From assembly GCA_045588575.1 (NCBI GenBank), contig JAZNEJ010000008.1, forward strand, positions 197,492 to 261,491: a stretch of DNA of 64,000 nucleotides, given 5' to 3'. The position numbers and the translations under genes are program-made. The stretch's first letter is position 1; the number at the start of each line of letters is the position of its first letter. Shown here piece by piece: positions 38,849 to 48,492 of the stretch. The DNA is from Eubacteriales bacterium (lineage in GTDB: Bacteria > Bacillota > Clostridia > Oscillospirales > RGIG5299). Below the pieces are notes generated by a model. It was not told the DNA's origin and did no database searches. It was given only the letters and a program-made list of their open reading frames with translations.

Positions 38849-39934
38849 ATGAGAAAGGTATATAATTTTTCGGCAGGACCTTCTATGTTACCCGAGAAGG
38901 TATTAACCGCCGCAGCAGCAGAAATGACAGACTATAAAGGCACCGGCGAATCGGTTATGGAAATGAGCCACCGCTCAGCCGAATACGATGCCATAATCAA
39001 GGAATGCGAAGCACTTCTCAGAGAGGTTATGAACATTCCCGATAACTACAAGGTTTTATTCATTCAGGGCGGCGCATCGGCGCAGTTCTCAATGGTTCCG
39101 TTAAACCTTATGAAGAACAAAAAGGCAAACTACATAGTTTCGGGACAGTTCTCCAACAAGGCATATAAAGAAGGCACTCTTTTCGGCGATTGCAAGGTAA
39201 TTGCATCTTCAAAAGAGGCAAACTTCTCTTACGTTCCCGTTATAACCAAAGATATGGTTGACGAGGATGCCGACTATCTCCACGTTTGCTTTAATAACAC
39301 CATCTACGGCACGAAATATCCCTACATTCCCGAAACGGGCAACGTTCCGCTCGTTGCGGATATGTCTTCCTGCATTCTTTCCGAGCCGGTAGACGTTTCC
39401 AAATTCGGCTTAATTTACGCAGGCGTTCAGAAAAATATGGGCCCCGCAGGCATGGCAGTTGCAATAATCCGCGAGGACCTTCTTGAAGTTAAAAACGATT
39501 TCGTAATTCCCACTATGTATAAGTATTCCACCTATGCGGAAAACGATTCGATGTATAACACTCCTCCCACATACTGCATTTATATCGTTAAATTGGTTCT
39601 CGAATGGATTAAAAACGATATAGGCGGCCTTGAAAAAATGAAGGAATTAAACGAGAAAAAAGCGGCAATTCTTTACGATTATCTCGATAACTCCAAGCTT
39701 TTCAAAGCACCCGCACAGAAGGAAAGCCGTTCTCTCATGAACGTAACCTTCGTAACCGGCAACGAGGATTTAGATAAAAAATTCTGCAAAGAAGCGGCAG
39801 CCGCAGGCTTCCTTAACATTAAAGGACATCGCTCGGTTGGCGGCATGAGAGCTTCTATCTATAACGCAATGCCCATTGAAGGCGTTGAAAAGCTCGTTGA
39901 GTTTATGAAAGCTTTCGAGCAGGCAAACGGCTGA
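38849..39934 (+). CDS. serC: phosphoserine aminotransferase
   Basis: 361 aa with full-length SerC similarity ('FSAGPSMLP', PLP Lys region 'GVQKNMGPAG'). Confidence 0.93.
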   Translation: MRKVYNFSAGPSMLPEKVLTAAAAEMTDYKGTGESVMEMSHRSAEYDAIIKECEALLREVMNIPDNYKVLFIQGGASAQFSMVPLNLMKNKKANYIVSGQFSNKAYKEGTLFGDCKVIASSKEANFSYVPVITKDMVDEDADYLHVCFNNTIYGTKYPYIPETGNVPLVADMSSCILSEPVDVSKFGLIYAGVQKNMGPAGMAVAIIREDLLEVKNDFVIPTMYKYSTYAENDSMYNTPPTYCIYIVKLVLEWIKNDIGGLEKMKELNEKKAAILYDYLDNSKLFKAPAQKESRSLMNVTFVTGNEDLDKKFCKEAAAAGFLNIKGHRSVGGMRASIYNAMPIEGVEKLVEFMKAFEQANG

Positions 39935-39952
39935 TTTTTTGGAGGAAACAAG

Positions 39953-41131
39953 ATGTATAACATAAAAACAATGAATAAAATAGCAAAAATCGGTTTGGCA
40001 AACTTTAACGCCGACTTTGCTGTTTCAGACGAATTTGACAATCCCGACGGCATTTTGGTTCGTTCGGCATCTCTTCACGAAATGCCCGTTAACGAAAATT
40101 TAATGGCAATTGCAAGAGCGGGCGCAGGCACCAACAACATTCCCGTTGATGCAATGGCAGATAAGGGCGTTGTTGTTTTCAACACTCCCGGCGCAAACGC
40201 AAACGCAGTTAAAGAGCTCGTTATTTGCGGTATGCTTCTCGCATCGAGAGACGTTGTGGGCGGCATAAACTGGGCAAAGGCAAACGCCGACGACCCCGAT
40301 ATTGCAAAATCGGTTGAGAAAAACAAAGCGCAGTTTGCGGGCTACGAATTAAAGGGCAAAACCCTCGGCGTAATCGGCCTCGGAGCAATCGGCGGCCCTC
40401 TCGCAAACGCCGCAATTCATCTCGGAATGACCGTTTACGGCTTCGACCCCTATCTTTCCGTTGAAGCTGCTTGGAACCTTTCGAGAGATATAATTCACGC
40501 AAAATCGAGAGAAGAAATCTATGAAAAATGCGATTTCATCTCAATTCACGTTCCGCTTATAGTAAGCGACGACGCTTCCAAAAACACCAAGGGTATGATT
40601 GGCGAGGCAGAAATCGCAATGATGAAGGACGGTGTTACCGTTCTTAACTTCGCAAGAGACGCTTTGGTTAACGACGTTGCTATGGAAGCGGCTTTGGAAT
40701 CGGGCAAGGTAAGAAGATACGTAACCGATTTCCCCAATGCTGCATCAGTTAAAATGAAGAATGCAATTGCAATTCCTCACCTTGGCGCATCCACCGAGGA
40801 AAGTGAAGATAACTGTGCTATTATGGCTGTTAAAGAGCTTTCCGATTACATTCTCACCGGCAACATCAAAAACTCGGTTAACTATCCCGACGTTGAAATG
40901 TCCAGAACCGGCGTTGCAAGAATTTGCGTGCTTCACAAAAACATTGCAAATATGATAGCAAAATTCACCGGCGTTATGGGCGAAAACGGCATAAACATTG
41001 AAAATATGACTAACCGCAGCAAGAAAGAAAACGCTTATACCGTTATGGACGCTTCCACCGACGTAAGCGATAAGATTGTTGAACAATTAAAAGCAATCGA
41101 CGGCGTTATAAGAGTAAGAGTAATCAAATAA
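39953..41131 (+). CDS. serA: D-3-phosphoglycerate dehydrogenase (with C-terminal ACT domain)
   Basis: 392 aa with a 'GVIGLGAIGG' NAD fold and the 2-hydroxyacid dehydrogenase catalytic region. It is adjacent to serC. Confidence 0.9.
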   Translation: MYNIKTMNKIAKIGLANFNADFAVSDEFDNPDGILVRSASLHEMPVNENLMAIARAGAGTNNIPVDAMADKGVVVFNTPGANANAVKELVICGMLLASRDVVGGINWAKANADDPDIAKSVEKNKAQFAGYELKGKTLGVIGLGAIGGPLANAAIHLGMTVYGFDPYLSVEAAWNLSRDIIHAKSREEIYEKCDFISIHVPLIVSDDASKNTKGMIGEAEIAMMKDGVTVLNFARDALVNDVAMEAALESGKVRRYVTDFPNAASVKMKNAIAIPHLGASTEESEDNCAIMAVKELSDYILTGNIKNSVNYPDVEMSRTGVARICVLHKNIANMIAKFTGVMGENGINIENMTNRSKKENAYTVMDASTDVSDKIVEQLKAIDGVIRVRVIK

Positions 41132-41265
41132 ATTTGATTTAAAAAAGGCCTTTAAGAAATTAAAGGTCTTTTTCTTTTTTGTAAAATAATATATATTTAC
41201 TTGCAAAAATAAATAAAAGAGATTATAATATAATAAATATTTGTTTTTTGTCATTGGAGGACACC

Positions 41266-42219
41266 GTGAAAGAACCTTTTGCATTTGCAAGAAATTTGAA
41301 AATTTTTATAATAGTGCTTTGTTGCTTGCCTCTCGTTGGAATTGCAATGCACATTTTTCTTCCCGAGCCGCTTAACGGAGTGAGATTAACTCTCGTTCCC
41401 AATCAGCTTGAGGCAAAGGGCGATTACGAATATCTTTTAAATTCCGCCAAAGAGGGAAGCTCGGACGATAGCGAAAAAATAAAAGAAGCAATGAACGAGC
41501 TTTTGGGAAGCGACGTTAAGTTAACCCTTTCAATTGCTCCGAATATGGTTTTTTCGGGCAATAAGGTTTATCTTGCAAACCCCTTTAATGCAGGAGAGGG
41601 AACAAAAAGGCTCGGCGTTGAGCTTTACGTTTTTGAATTCGGCTACGCTCATTACGACGTTGATACCGCGGGAAGCGTGTTAAACGCTTTGCCCGAAACG
41701 GAAAAACTTCCGGAGTTACCCGAAAACACACATTTCGGCGCAATGAATTTCACGTTAAAGCTTTGCGAAAGAGTGGTTTTCGGTTACGATTACGAAAATT
41801 ACGTTATTGAAGAATATTCGGGCGAGGAAAAGCCCATTTTAATTAAAAGGCTTGAAATAAACTTTTCGGAGGATAGCGAAACCAAGCGTCTTGTAAACAC
41901 CGTTTTTTCGGAGCTTTCGCTTAAAACCAACGGCAAAGATTTCTTTAAGCCCGAAGATATGTTCATAGTTTCAAGAGGAAGTCCCAGCGGCTTTGCCGAA
42001 AAGGGCGAAAATGCTTTGGCAACTCTTTTAACGAAATACGCTTATGCGGGGCTCGGCGTTGAAAAGGGAGCCTTCTTTAAGCTCAACACCGATGAAAAGC
42101 TTAACGATTTTAACGAAATGTCGGTAACGCTTTACAACATAGAAGAAGACAGAGATGAGGAAATTCCTTATCCCGCGTTTAACGTTGAAATGAGAGTTTA
42201 TTTCAACGTTGAAAAATAA
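41266..42219 (+). CDS. hypothetical membrane-anchored protein
   Basis: The GTG at 41266 follows GGAGGA. The protein has one N-terminal TM helix. No family recognised. It lies immediately upstream of PBP1A. Confidence 0.5.
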   Translation: MKEPFAFARNLKIFIIVLCCLPLVGIAMHIFLPEPLNGVRLTLVPNQLEAKGDYEYLLNSAKEGSSDDSEKIKEAMNELLGSDVKLTLSIAPNMVFSGNKVYLANPFNAGEGTKRLGVELYVFEFGYAHYDVDTAGSVLNALPETEKLPELPENTHFGAMNFTLKLCERVVFGYDYENYVIEEYSGEEKPILIKRLEINFSEDSETKRLVNTVFSELSLKTNGKDFFKPEDMFIVSRGSPSGFAEKGENALATLLTKYAYAGLGVEKGAFFKLNTDEKLNDFNEMSVTLYNIEEDRDEEIPYPAFNVEMRVYFNVEK

Positions 42220-42235
42220 TTAAGGGGAGAAAGAA

Positions 42236-45199
42236 ATGGCGAATAAAAAATTTCCTAATATAAAATTCCCGAAGATTTTCAAAATTCTCAAAAAAGACAA
42301 AATTAAAAAAGCCGAGGTAGATAAAGAGGGCAAGCCCGTGGCTAAAGGCGAAAAAGGCAAAAAGGTGCGCAGAATAATTCTCCACACCCTAATCGCGCTT
42401 ATGCTTTTCGGAATTGCAATGGGCGTTGCCGGCGGCGTTTGCTTTACCTATATTTTGAATAACTATGAAAATATTGAAATGGCAGATGCGTTCAGAACTC
42501 TTAATATGAACGAAACTTCATATATCTACGCCTACGACGAGGAAATGGGAATTTACGTTGAGGTGGAATCGCTCTTCTTAAACGAAGACAGAAAATGGAT
42601 TGGTTACGACGATATTCCCAAATATTTCATAGATGCCACCGTTGCAATAGAGGACGAAAATTTCTACGAGCACAAGGGCGTTGACTGGCGCAGATTTATT
42701 TTGGCAACGGCAAACCAGTTTTTAAAATTAAGAAGCTCGTTTGGCGCATCCACAATAACCATGCAGCTCGTTAAAAACATCACGGGTGCCGACGACAGAA
42801 CGTGGCAGAGAAAGGCGCAAGAGGTTTTTAACGCCACCTATATCGAAACGCTTTATTCAAAAGAAGATATTTTGGAGCTTTACCTTAACTATATAAACTA
42901 CGGCGGTCAGCGTCAGGGCATTTCGTCTGCCGCGCGCTTCTATTTCGGTAAAGACCCCTCCTCTTTAAAGCTTATTGAGGTTGCAAGCATAGTGGGCATA
43001 ACCAATAACCCCTCGATGTACGACCCATATTATTCCTCTAACCGAGAGGCAAACCTTAGAAGAGCGAGACTTATAGTTCAAAAAATGTTTGAACTCGGTA
43101 TGCTTGGCGAGGAAGAATATAACGAGGCAATGGCGGTTAAAGAGCTTGAATTTGCCTTCTCAAATACCTCAACCGAGGACGCAGACGATAAAAACGTTCA
43201 GTCATATTACGTTGATACCGTTATACAAAAGGTTTTGGCAGATTTAAAATCAACCTATAACGTAAGCCACGAAATAGCAACGAAAATGCTTTATCAGGGC
43301 GGCTATAAAATTTATATTCCCATGGACATAACCGTTCAAAACGTTATGGACAGCTACTATGAAAACCGCGATAATTTCCCCAATGCAACGGTTAAAGACC
43401 CCGAAACCGGCAAGGTTGAGCAAATTCAAAGCGCAATGGTAATAATGGATTTCACAACCGGCGACGTTGTGGGAATGACGGGCGGCATAGGCAAAAAAGA
43501 GCATAACCTCGGCTTTAACAGAGCAACCTCGGCATTCCGTCAGGTCGGCTCGGTTATTAAGCCCATTGCCGTTTACGGCCCCGCAGTTGAATTTAACGTT
43601 ATGGACGGTAACGGCGCTCTTTCCGATATGCCCAATGAAAAAGACGGAAAATGGCCCGTAAACTACGAGGATTATTACAGAGGTCTTATGCCTTTGAGAA
43701 GAGCGCTTGCAATGTCGCTTAACGGCCCCACCGTTGAGCTTGCAACACTCATAGGTCCCGAAAGAAGCTATAACTTCTTGGAGCAGGCCTGCAACTTTAA
43801 AACCTTAACGCCAAACGGCCCCGGCAGCGATAAAACTCTTTCGCTTTCGCTCGGCGGCGTAACCAAGGGACTTACGGTAACCGATATTTGCGCATCCTAC
43901 CAGATGTTTGCAAACGACGGTATTTACAGCGAGCCGAGATATTACACCAAGGTTTTGGATAACCTCGGAAACGTGGTTTTGGAAAAACCGGTAAAATCGA
44001 AGGTTGCAATTTCAACTCAAACCGCTTTCATAATGAGAGACCTTTTATACGAGCTCGTTTATAACGGTTACAGCTCGGCATCACGCTTCTCAACCTCGGC
44101 AGGCGAAAAAATAACCTGCTACGGCAAAACGGGAACCTCCGCGCGAGACCACGACCTTTGGTTCTGCGGCTTTACGAGCGAATACGTTGGCTGCGTTTGG
44201 ATGGGATTCGACAGTAACGCGGTTATAAAAACCAGCCAGTCGGTTGCATCCGCAACGCTTTGGTCTAAGATTTTCCGCTCAATTTACAATGAAAAAGACC
44301 TTCACGACGGAAGCTTTAACACCCCCACAGGCGTTGAGCAGGTTGAATATTGCAAATACAGCGGCAAAATTGCCACCGACGCCTGCAAATTAGACCCCAG
44401 AAATTCAGCCGATAATCCCGTTGTTATGACGAACTGGGTTAAGAGCGAAAACGTTCCCACCGAGCAGTGCGACGTGCATATTCCCGTTTATATCTGTGAG
44501 GATTCGGGCAAAATTGCGCACGATAACTGCCCTAACGGCAAGGTTTACGCAGTTTCGCTTCTTAACGTATTCAGAGATTTCATAAGAACCGACTTATATA
44601 TTGAAGATTCGCAGTACACAATGCCGAAATCGGCGTTAACTCCCGAAACGGTGCTTTACGTTGATAACCGCTTGCCCGCTTACTTCAATATTTATCAAAA
44701 CAATCTTGAGCTTCTTCCTTATCTCCACAAAACCGAGGCGCAGATTTTTGCAGAGTTTGGCGTTGAGGTTCCTGCGGGAGCAACGAGAGAAGAGGTTAAC
44801 AAGCTGTTTGAGGAAACGGGCGTAATAATTCATCACCCCGGACTCGTAATGAAAAAATTTGCCGACGAAGACGTTATGAACGCCGTTTGTCAGGCGCACA
44901 CTCCGCTTGAAGAACCGCACTTCCACCCCTATAACTTCGCAGGCGGCCCCCTCATTACAACTCCCACTCACGAGCCTGAGCCCGAGCCCGAAGAGCCTGA
45001 AAATCCCGACCTTCCCGATAATCCCGAAAACTCGGACGTTCCAGATAACCCCGAAAGCTCGGACGTTCCCGATAACCCCGAAAGCTCCGAGGTAAATTCA
45101 GATAACCCCGAAAGCTCGGAGGTAAATTCAGAGGAAACCTCAAGCACCGCACCTGCAAACGAATCGGAAAATGAATCGGAAAACGTTGCATCAAATTAA
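42236..45199 (+). CDS. class A penicillin-binding protein (PBP1A: glycosyltransferase + transpeptidase)
   Basis: 987 aa with GT51 motifs 'EDENFYEHKGVD' and 'STITMQLVKN', and transpeptidase motifs 'SVIKP' and 'KTGTS'. The C-terminal tail is acidic and rich in PDNPE repeats. Confidence 0.9.
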   Translation: MANKKFPNIKFPKIFKILKKDKIKKAEVDKEGKPVAKGEKGKKVRRIILHTLIALMLFGIAMGVAGGVCFTYILNNYENIEMADAFRTLNMNETSYIYAYDEEMGIYVEVESLFLNEDRKWIGYDDIPKYFIDATVAIEDENFYEHKGVDWRRFILATANQFLKLRSSFGASTITMQLVKNITGADDRTWQRKAQEVFNATYIETLYSKEDILELYLNYINYGGQRQGISSAARFYFGKDPSSLKLIEVASIVGITNNPSMYDPYYSSNREANLRRARLIVQKMFELGMLGEEEYNEAMAVKELEFAFSNTSTEDADDKNVQSYYVDTVIQKVLADLKSTYNVSHEIATKMLYQGGYKIYIPMDITVQNVMDSYYENRDNFPNATVKDPETGKVEQIQSAMVIMDFTTGDVVGMTGGIGKKEHNLGFNRATSAFRQVGSVIKPIAVYGPAVEFNVMDGNGALSDMPNEKDGKWPVNYEDYYRGLMPLRRALAMSLNGPTVELATLIGPERSYNFLEQACNFKTLTPNGPGSDKTLSLSLGGVTKGLTVTDICASYQMFANDGIYSEPRYYTKVLDNLGNVVLEKPVKSKVAISTQTAFIMRDLLYELVYNGYSSASRFSTSAGEKITCYGKTGTSARDHDLWFCGFTSEYVGCVWMGFDSNAVIKTSQSVASATLWSKIFRSIYNEKDLHDGSFNTPTGVEQVEYCKYSGKIATDACKLDPRNSADNPVVMTNWVKSENVPTEQCDVHIPVYICEDSGKIAHDNCPNGKVYAVSLLNVFRDFIRTDLYIEDSQYTMPKSALTPETVLYVDNRLPAYFNIYQNNLELLPYLHKTEAQIFAEFGVEVPAGATREEVNKLFEETGVIIHHPGLVMKKFADEDVMNAVCQAHTPLEEPHFHPYNFAGGPLITTPTHEPEPEPEEPENPDLPDNPENSDVPDNPESSDVPDNPESSEVNSDNPESSEVNSEETSSTAPANESENESENVASN

Positions 45200-45303
45200 A
45201 AAATCGCAAAAAACGCATTGACTTTGCCGTTTTAAGTGATATAATTTAATTAGAATAAAAACAAATTAAATGAGTAAAATATATAAAAAGGAGTGTCATT
45301 TTA

Positions 45304-45489
45304 ATGGATAAAAAATTGTTTTTGGTTGCCGCAGTATCAGCAGCGGTAGGAGCGGCAGCAGCCGTAGGTGTTATGGCACTTATAGCAAAAAAGAGTGCCG
45401 GAAAATATAATCTTTGCATGGAAAATAACTGCGAAGAGCCCTGCGAATGCGATTGTGAATGCGATTGCACTTGCGAAGACGATGAATAA
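45304..45489 (+). CDS. small membrane protein with a CxC-repeat acidic tail
   Basis: 61 aa. It has its own promoter (TTGACT 45218-45223, TGaTATAAT ending at 45245), an AAAGGAG RBS and a strong terminator (45505-45541). The layout is a TM helix followed by 'CMENNCEEPCECDCECDCTCEDDE'. Confidence 0.6.
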   Translation: MDKKLFLVAAVSAAVGAAAAVGVMALIAKKSAGKYNLCMENNCEEPCECDCECDCTCEDDE

Positions 45490-45504
45490 TTAAACCGAAA
45501 AACG

Positions 45505-45541
45505 AAATTATCTCCTGCGGTAAAAGCAGGAGATAATTTTT
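45505..45541 (+). terminator. Rho-independent terminator
   Basis: AAATTATCTCCTGC ggtaaaa GCAGGAGATAATTTTT. Confidence 0.8.
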
Positions 45542-45553
45542 GGAGAAAAGAAA

Positions 45554-46342
45554 ATGATAACAGACGTTCACTGCCATATATTTCCCGAAAAAATCGCTCA
45601 AAAGGCAAGCGACTCAATAGGCGGCTTTTACGGCGTTAAAATGGCTTATAACGGAACCGAAAACGAGCTTATTCCCAATTTAAAGGTTGCGGGAATAACC
45701 AGAGCGCTCGTTCATTCGGTTGCATCAACCGCAAAACAGGTTGAAACCATAAACAAATATATTGCCGAAAGCGTAAAGGTAAACAGCGAGCTTTTCACGG
45801 GATTTTTAACGCTGCATCCCGACTATGAAAAAATAGGCGAGGAAACCGAAAGAAGCGTTAAAATGGGGCTTAAAGGAATTAAAATTCATCCCGATATGCA
45901 AAAATTCGCAATCGACGATAAACAAGCCTACCCCATCTACGAGGCGGCGGTAGCCTTTAATATTCCGATTCAGGTACATACGGGCGACAAACGCTATAAC
46001 TATTCAAATCCCGCAAGAATGGCAAAGGTAATGAAGGATTTTCCCAAGCTCAAGGTAATAGGCGCTCATTTCGGCGGCTATTCCGAGTGGGAAAGCGCAA
46101 TGGAGGTTTATAAGGGGCTCGATATTTTGGTAGATACGTCCAGCACCTTCTGGGCCGTTTCGCCCGAAAAAATAGTTGAACTCATTCGCTTTTTCGGCGT
46201 TGAAAGAGTAATGTTTGGCACCGATTATCCTATGTGGGATGCCAAAACCGAGGTAGAAAAGCTAATAGCTCTTCCGTTAACCGACGGAGAAAAAGAAAAA
46301 ATTCTTTGGCAAAACGCCAAGGAGCAGCTTAATATCTTTTAA
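45554..46342 (+). CDS. amidohydrolase-family (TIM-barrel metal-dependent hydrolase) protein
   Basis: 262 aa with an N-terminal 'DVHCH' metal motif and a C-terminal 'FGTDYP' motif. Confidence 0.75.
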   Translation: MITDVHCHIFPEKIAQKASDSIGGFYGVKMAYNGTENELIPNLKVAGITRALVHSVASTAKQVETINKYIAESVKVNSELFTGFLTLHPDYEKIGEETERSVKMGLKGIKIHPDMQKFAIDDKQAYPIYEAAVAFNIPIQVHTGDKRYNYSNPARMAKVMKDFPKLKVIGAHFGGYSEWESAMEVYKGLDILVDTSSTFWAVSPEKIVELIRFFGVERVMFGTDYPMWDAKTEVEKLIALPLTDGEKEKILWQNAKEQLNIF

Positions 46343-46466
46343 AAAATCACCTCTCGAAGTCATTCGGGAGGTGTTCTTATTAAAAAACTCTTGCGTTTGG
46401 TATGAAAATAAGGTAAAATATAGAATAATATATATTTAGATAAATATTCTGTTTAGGAGAAAAACA

Positions 46467-47588
46467 ATGGTAGAATTCGACGAATACAAAGTTAAGCTTG
46501 TAAACGCCAAGGAGGAGCTTACCATGCTCGGCGTTTCAATAGGCATTGAAAAGCTCAAAAGCGAGGTTGCCCGTTTGGAAAAGGAAACCGCCGACGAAAG
46601 CTTTTGGCAGAATATGGAGAACGGTCAAAAAACCTTAAAGCTTCTCAAAAATATGAAGGATAAGGTTGCGGAATACGAGCGCCTTTGCAAAATGTACGAC
46701 GATGCTTTCGCACTCGTTGAGCTTTGCATTGAGTTTGACGATGAAAGCGAGCTTCCCGCTCTTAAAGAGGCGGTTGAAGCTTATGAAGCGGAGTTTGAAA
46801 AGCAAAAGCTTTCCACTCTTCTTTCGGGAGAATACGATGCAAATAACGTAATTTTAACCTTCCACGCAGGCGCAGGCGGCACCGAAGCGCAGGACTGGGC
46901 GGAAATGCTTTACAGAATGTATACGAGATATGCCGAAAGAACCGGCTTTACCTACAAAATTCTCGATTATAACGATGGCGACGAGGCAGGCATTAAAAGC
47001 GCCAGCATTTTAATCGAGGGAATTAACGCCTACGGCTTTTTGAAGAGCGAGGCGGGCATTCACCGCTTGGTTAGAGTTTCGCCGTTTGACGCATCGGGAA
47101 GAAGACATACTTCCTTTGCATCGGTTGACGTTATGCCCGAAATCGACGATTCGGTTGAAATAGACATTAAGCCCGACGATATTAAGGTAGATACCTACCG
47201 TTCAAGCGGCGCAGGCGGCCAAAAGGTTAACAAAACCGACTCGGCAGTTAGAATTACACATATTCCCACCGGCATAGTTTGCGCCTGTCAGGTTGAGCGA
47301 AGCCAGCACCAAAACCGTGAGGTTGCAATGAGAATGCTCCGCTCCAAGCTCATTGAAATTAAAGAAAGAGAACATCTTGAAAAAATAAGCGATATAAGAG
47401 GCGCGCATAAAGATATTGCGTGGGGCAGCCAAATTCGTTCCTACGTCTTTATGCCCTACACCCTCGTTAAAGACCACAGAACCGATTTTGAAATGGGTAA
47501 TATCGGAGCCGTTATGGACGGCGAGCTCGAAGGATTTATAAACGCTTATTTGCGTTTGGAAAACCACAAGAAAATAGGCAGGGAGTAA
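46467..47588 (+). CDS. prfB: peptide chain release factor 2 (single uninterrupted frame)
   Basis: 373 aa with SPF ('VSPFD') and GGQ ('SGAGGQKVN') motifs. The RBS is AGGAGA. Confidence 0.93.
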   Translation: MVEFDEYKVKLVNAKEELTMLGVSIGIEKLKSEVARLEKETADESFWQNMENGQKTLKLLKNMKDKVAEYERLCKMYDDAFALVELCIEFDDESELPALKEAVEAYEAEFEKQKLSTLLSGEYDANNVILTFHAGAGGTEAQDWAEMLYRMYTRYAERTGFTYKILDYNDGDEAGIKSASILIEGINAYGFLKSEAGIHRLVRVSPFDASGRRHTSFASVDVMPEIDDSVEIDIKPDDIKVDTYRSSGAGGQKVNKTDSAVRITHIPTGIVCACQVERSQHQNREVAMRMLRSKLIEIKEREHLEKISDIRGAHKDIAWGSQIRSYVFMPYTLVKDHRTDFEMGNIGAVMDGELEGFINAYLRLENHKKIGRE

Positions 47589-47589
47589 G

Positions 47590-48492
47590 ATGGAAATTGG
47601 AAGCAAAACGCTTCTGAGACTTATAAAAACGGCGAAGGGAACACTTTCGTCAATAGACCTTGACGAAATGCGAAAAGGGCAAGAAACGCTCGGAAAGCTC
47701 GGAGTAAGGCTTTTCAAAAAATCGGTTGATTTTTCAAATGCCGATATTTTAAACGTTTCAAGCTTTTACGCCGTTTCAAAAAAGAAAGAAAGAGAAGACG
47801 TTTTATTTCTTTATCTTCACGGCGGCGCCTACGTTTCGGGTGAAGAAAACTATTCCAAAAGCTTCGGCGGCGTTATAGCTGAGCGCTATAATGCGAGAGT
47901 GGTTTGCTTAAACTATAAGCTTGCCCCCGAAAACCCTTTTCCTGCGGCGCTTAACGAAGCTGTGGCGACATATCTTTTTTTAAAAGAAAAATATTCAAAG
48001 CGAAAGCTTTGCGTTATAGGTGAATCGGCAGGAGGCGGTCTTGCCCTTTCGCTCGCGCTCAAATTGAGAGAATTAAAAAAACCGCTTCCCGATGCAATTT
48101 TTGCAATTTCACCGTGGGCAGACCTTGAAATGACGGGTGTTTCTTTAAGAACCAACAAAAATGAAGACCCGCTTCTTTTTGAAGAAAAATTAAGAATAAA
48201 CGCCGAGATGTATGCTCAAAACAACCTTAAAAATCCGCTTGTTTCACCTGTTTTTGCGAATTTCAAGGGCTTTCCGCCCGTTTTCATAACGGTTGGCGGT
48301 AAGGAGATTTTGGAATCCGATTCTTTAAAGGTTTGCTCAAAACTTTTAGATGCAGGCGTTAAATTCACCCTTTTAAGAGAAGAAAAAATGTGGCACGTTT
48401 ATCCGCTTTTCCCAATTGCCGAGGCGGAAACGGCGCTTAATAAATTCGAAGAATTTTTAGTTGAAAACGGCATAATGAAAGAGGAAAAATGA
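47590..48492 (+). CDS. alpha/beta hydrolase (HSL-type esterase/lipase)
   Basis: 300 aa with an 'HGGAY' oxyanion motif and a 'GESAGG' nucleophile elbow. Confidence 0.85.
   Translation: MEIGSKTLLRLIKTAKGTLSSIDLDEMRKGQETLGKLGVRLFKKSVDFSNADILNVSSFYAVSKKKEREDVLFLYLHGGAYVSGEENYSKSFGGVIAERYNARVVCLNYKLAPENPFPAALNEAVATYLFLKEKYSKRKLCVIGESAGGGLALSLALKLRELKKPLPDAIFAISPWADLEMTGVSLRTNKNEDPLLFEEKLRINAEMYAQNNLKNPLVSPVFANFKGFPPVFITVGGKEILESDSLKVCSKLLDAGVKFTLLREEKMWHVYPLFPIAEAETALNKFEEFLVENGIMKEEK

Noticed and set aside
45246-45617. 123-aa and 73-aa minus-strand ORFs opposite the small Cys-rich gene
   Set aside because: They are antisense to a unit with a clear promoter, RBS and terminator on the plus strand. 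They would also read through that terminator.
47202-47717. 171-aa minus-strand ORF over the prfB/esterase junction. Similar long antisense ORFs lie at 49325-49765, 62053-62721, 60607-60918 and 63630-63995.
   Set aside because: All lie antisense to conserved genes (prfB, the acyltransferase, smc, ftsY). They have Ser/Leu/Phe-biased composition and no RBS.
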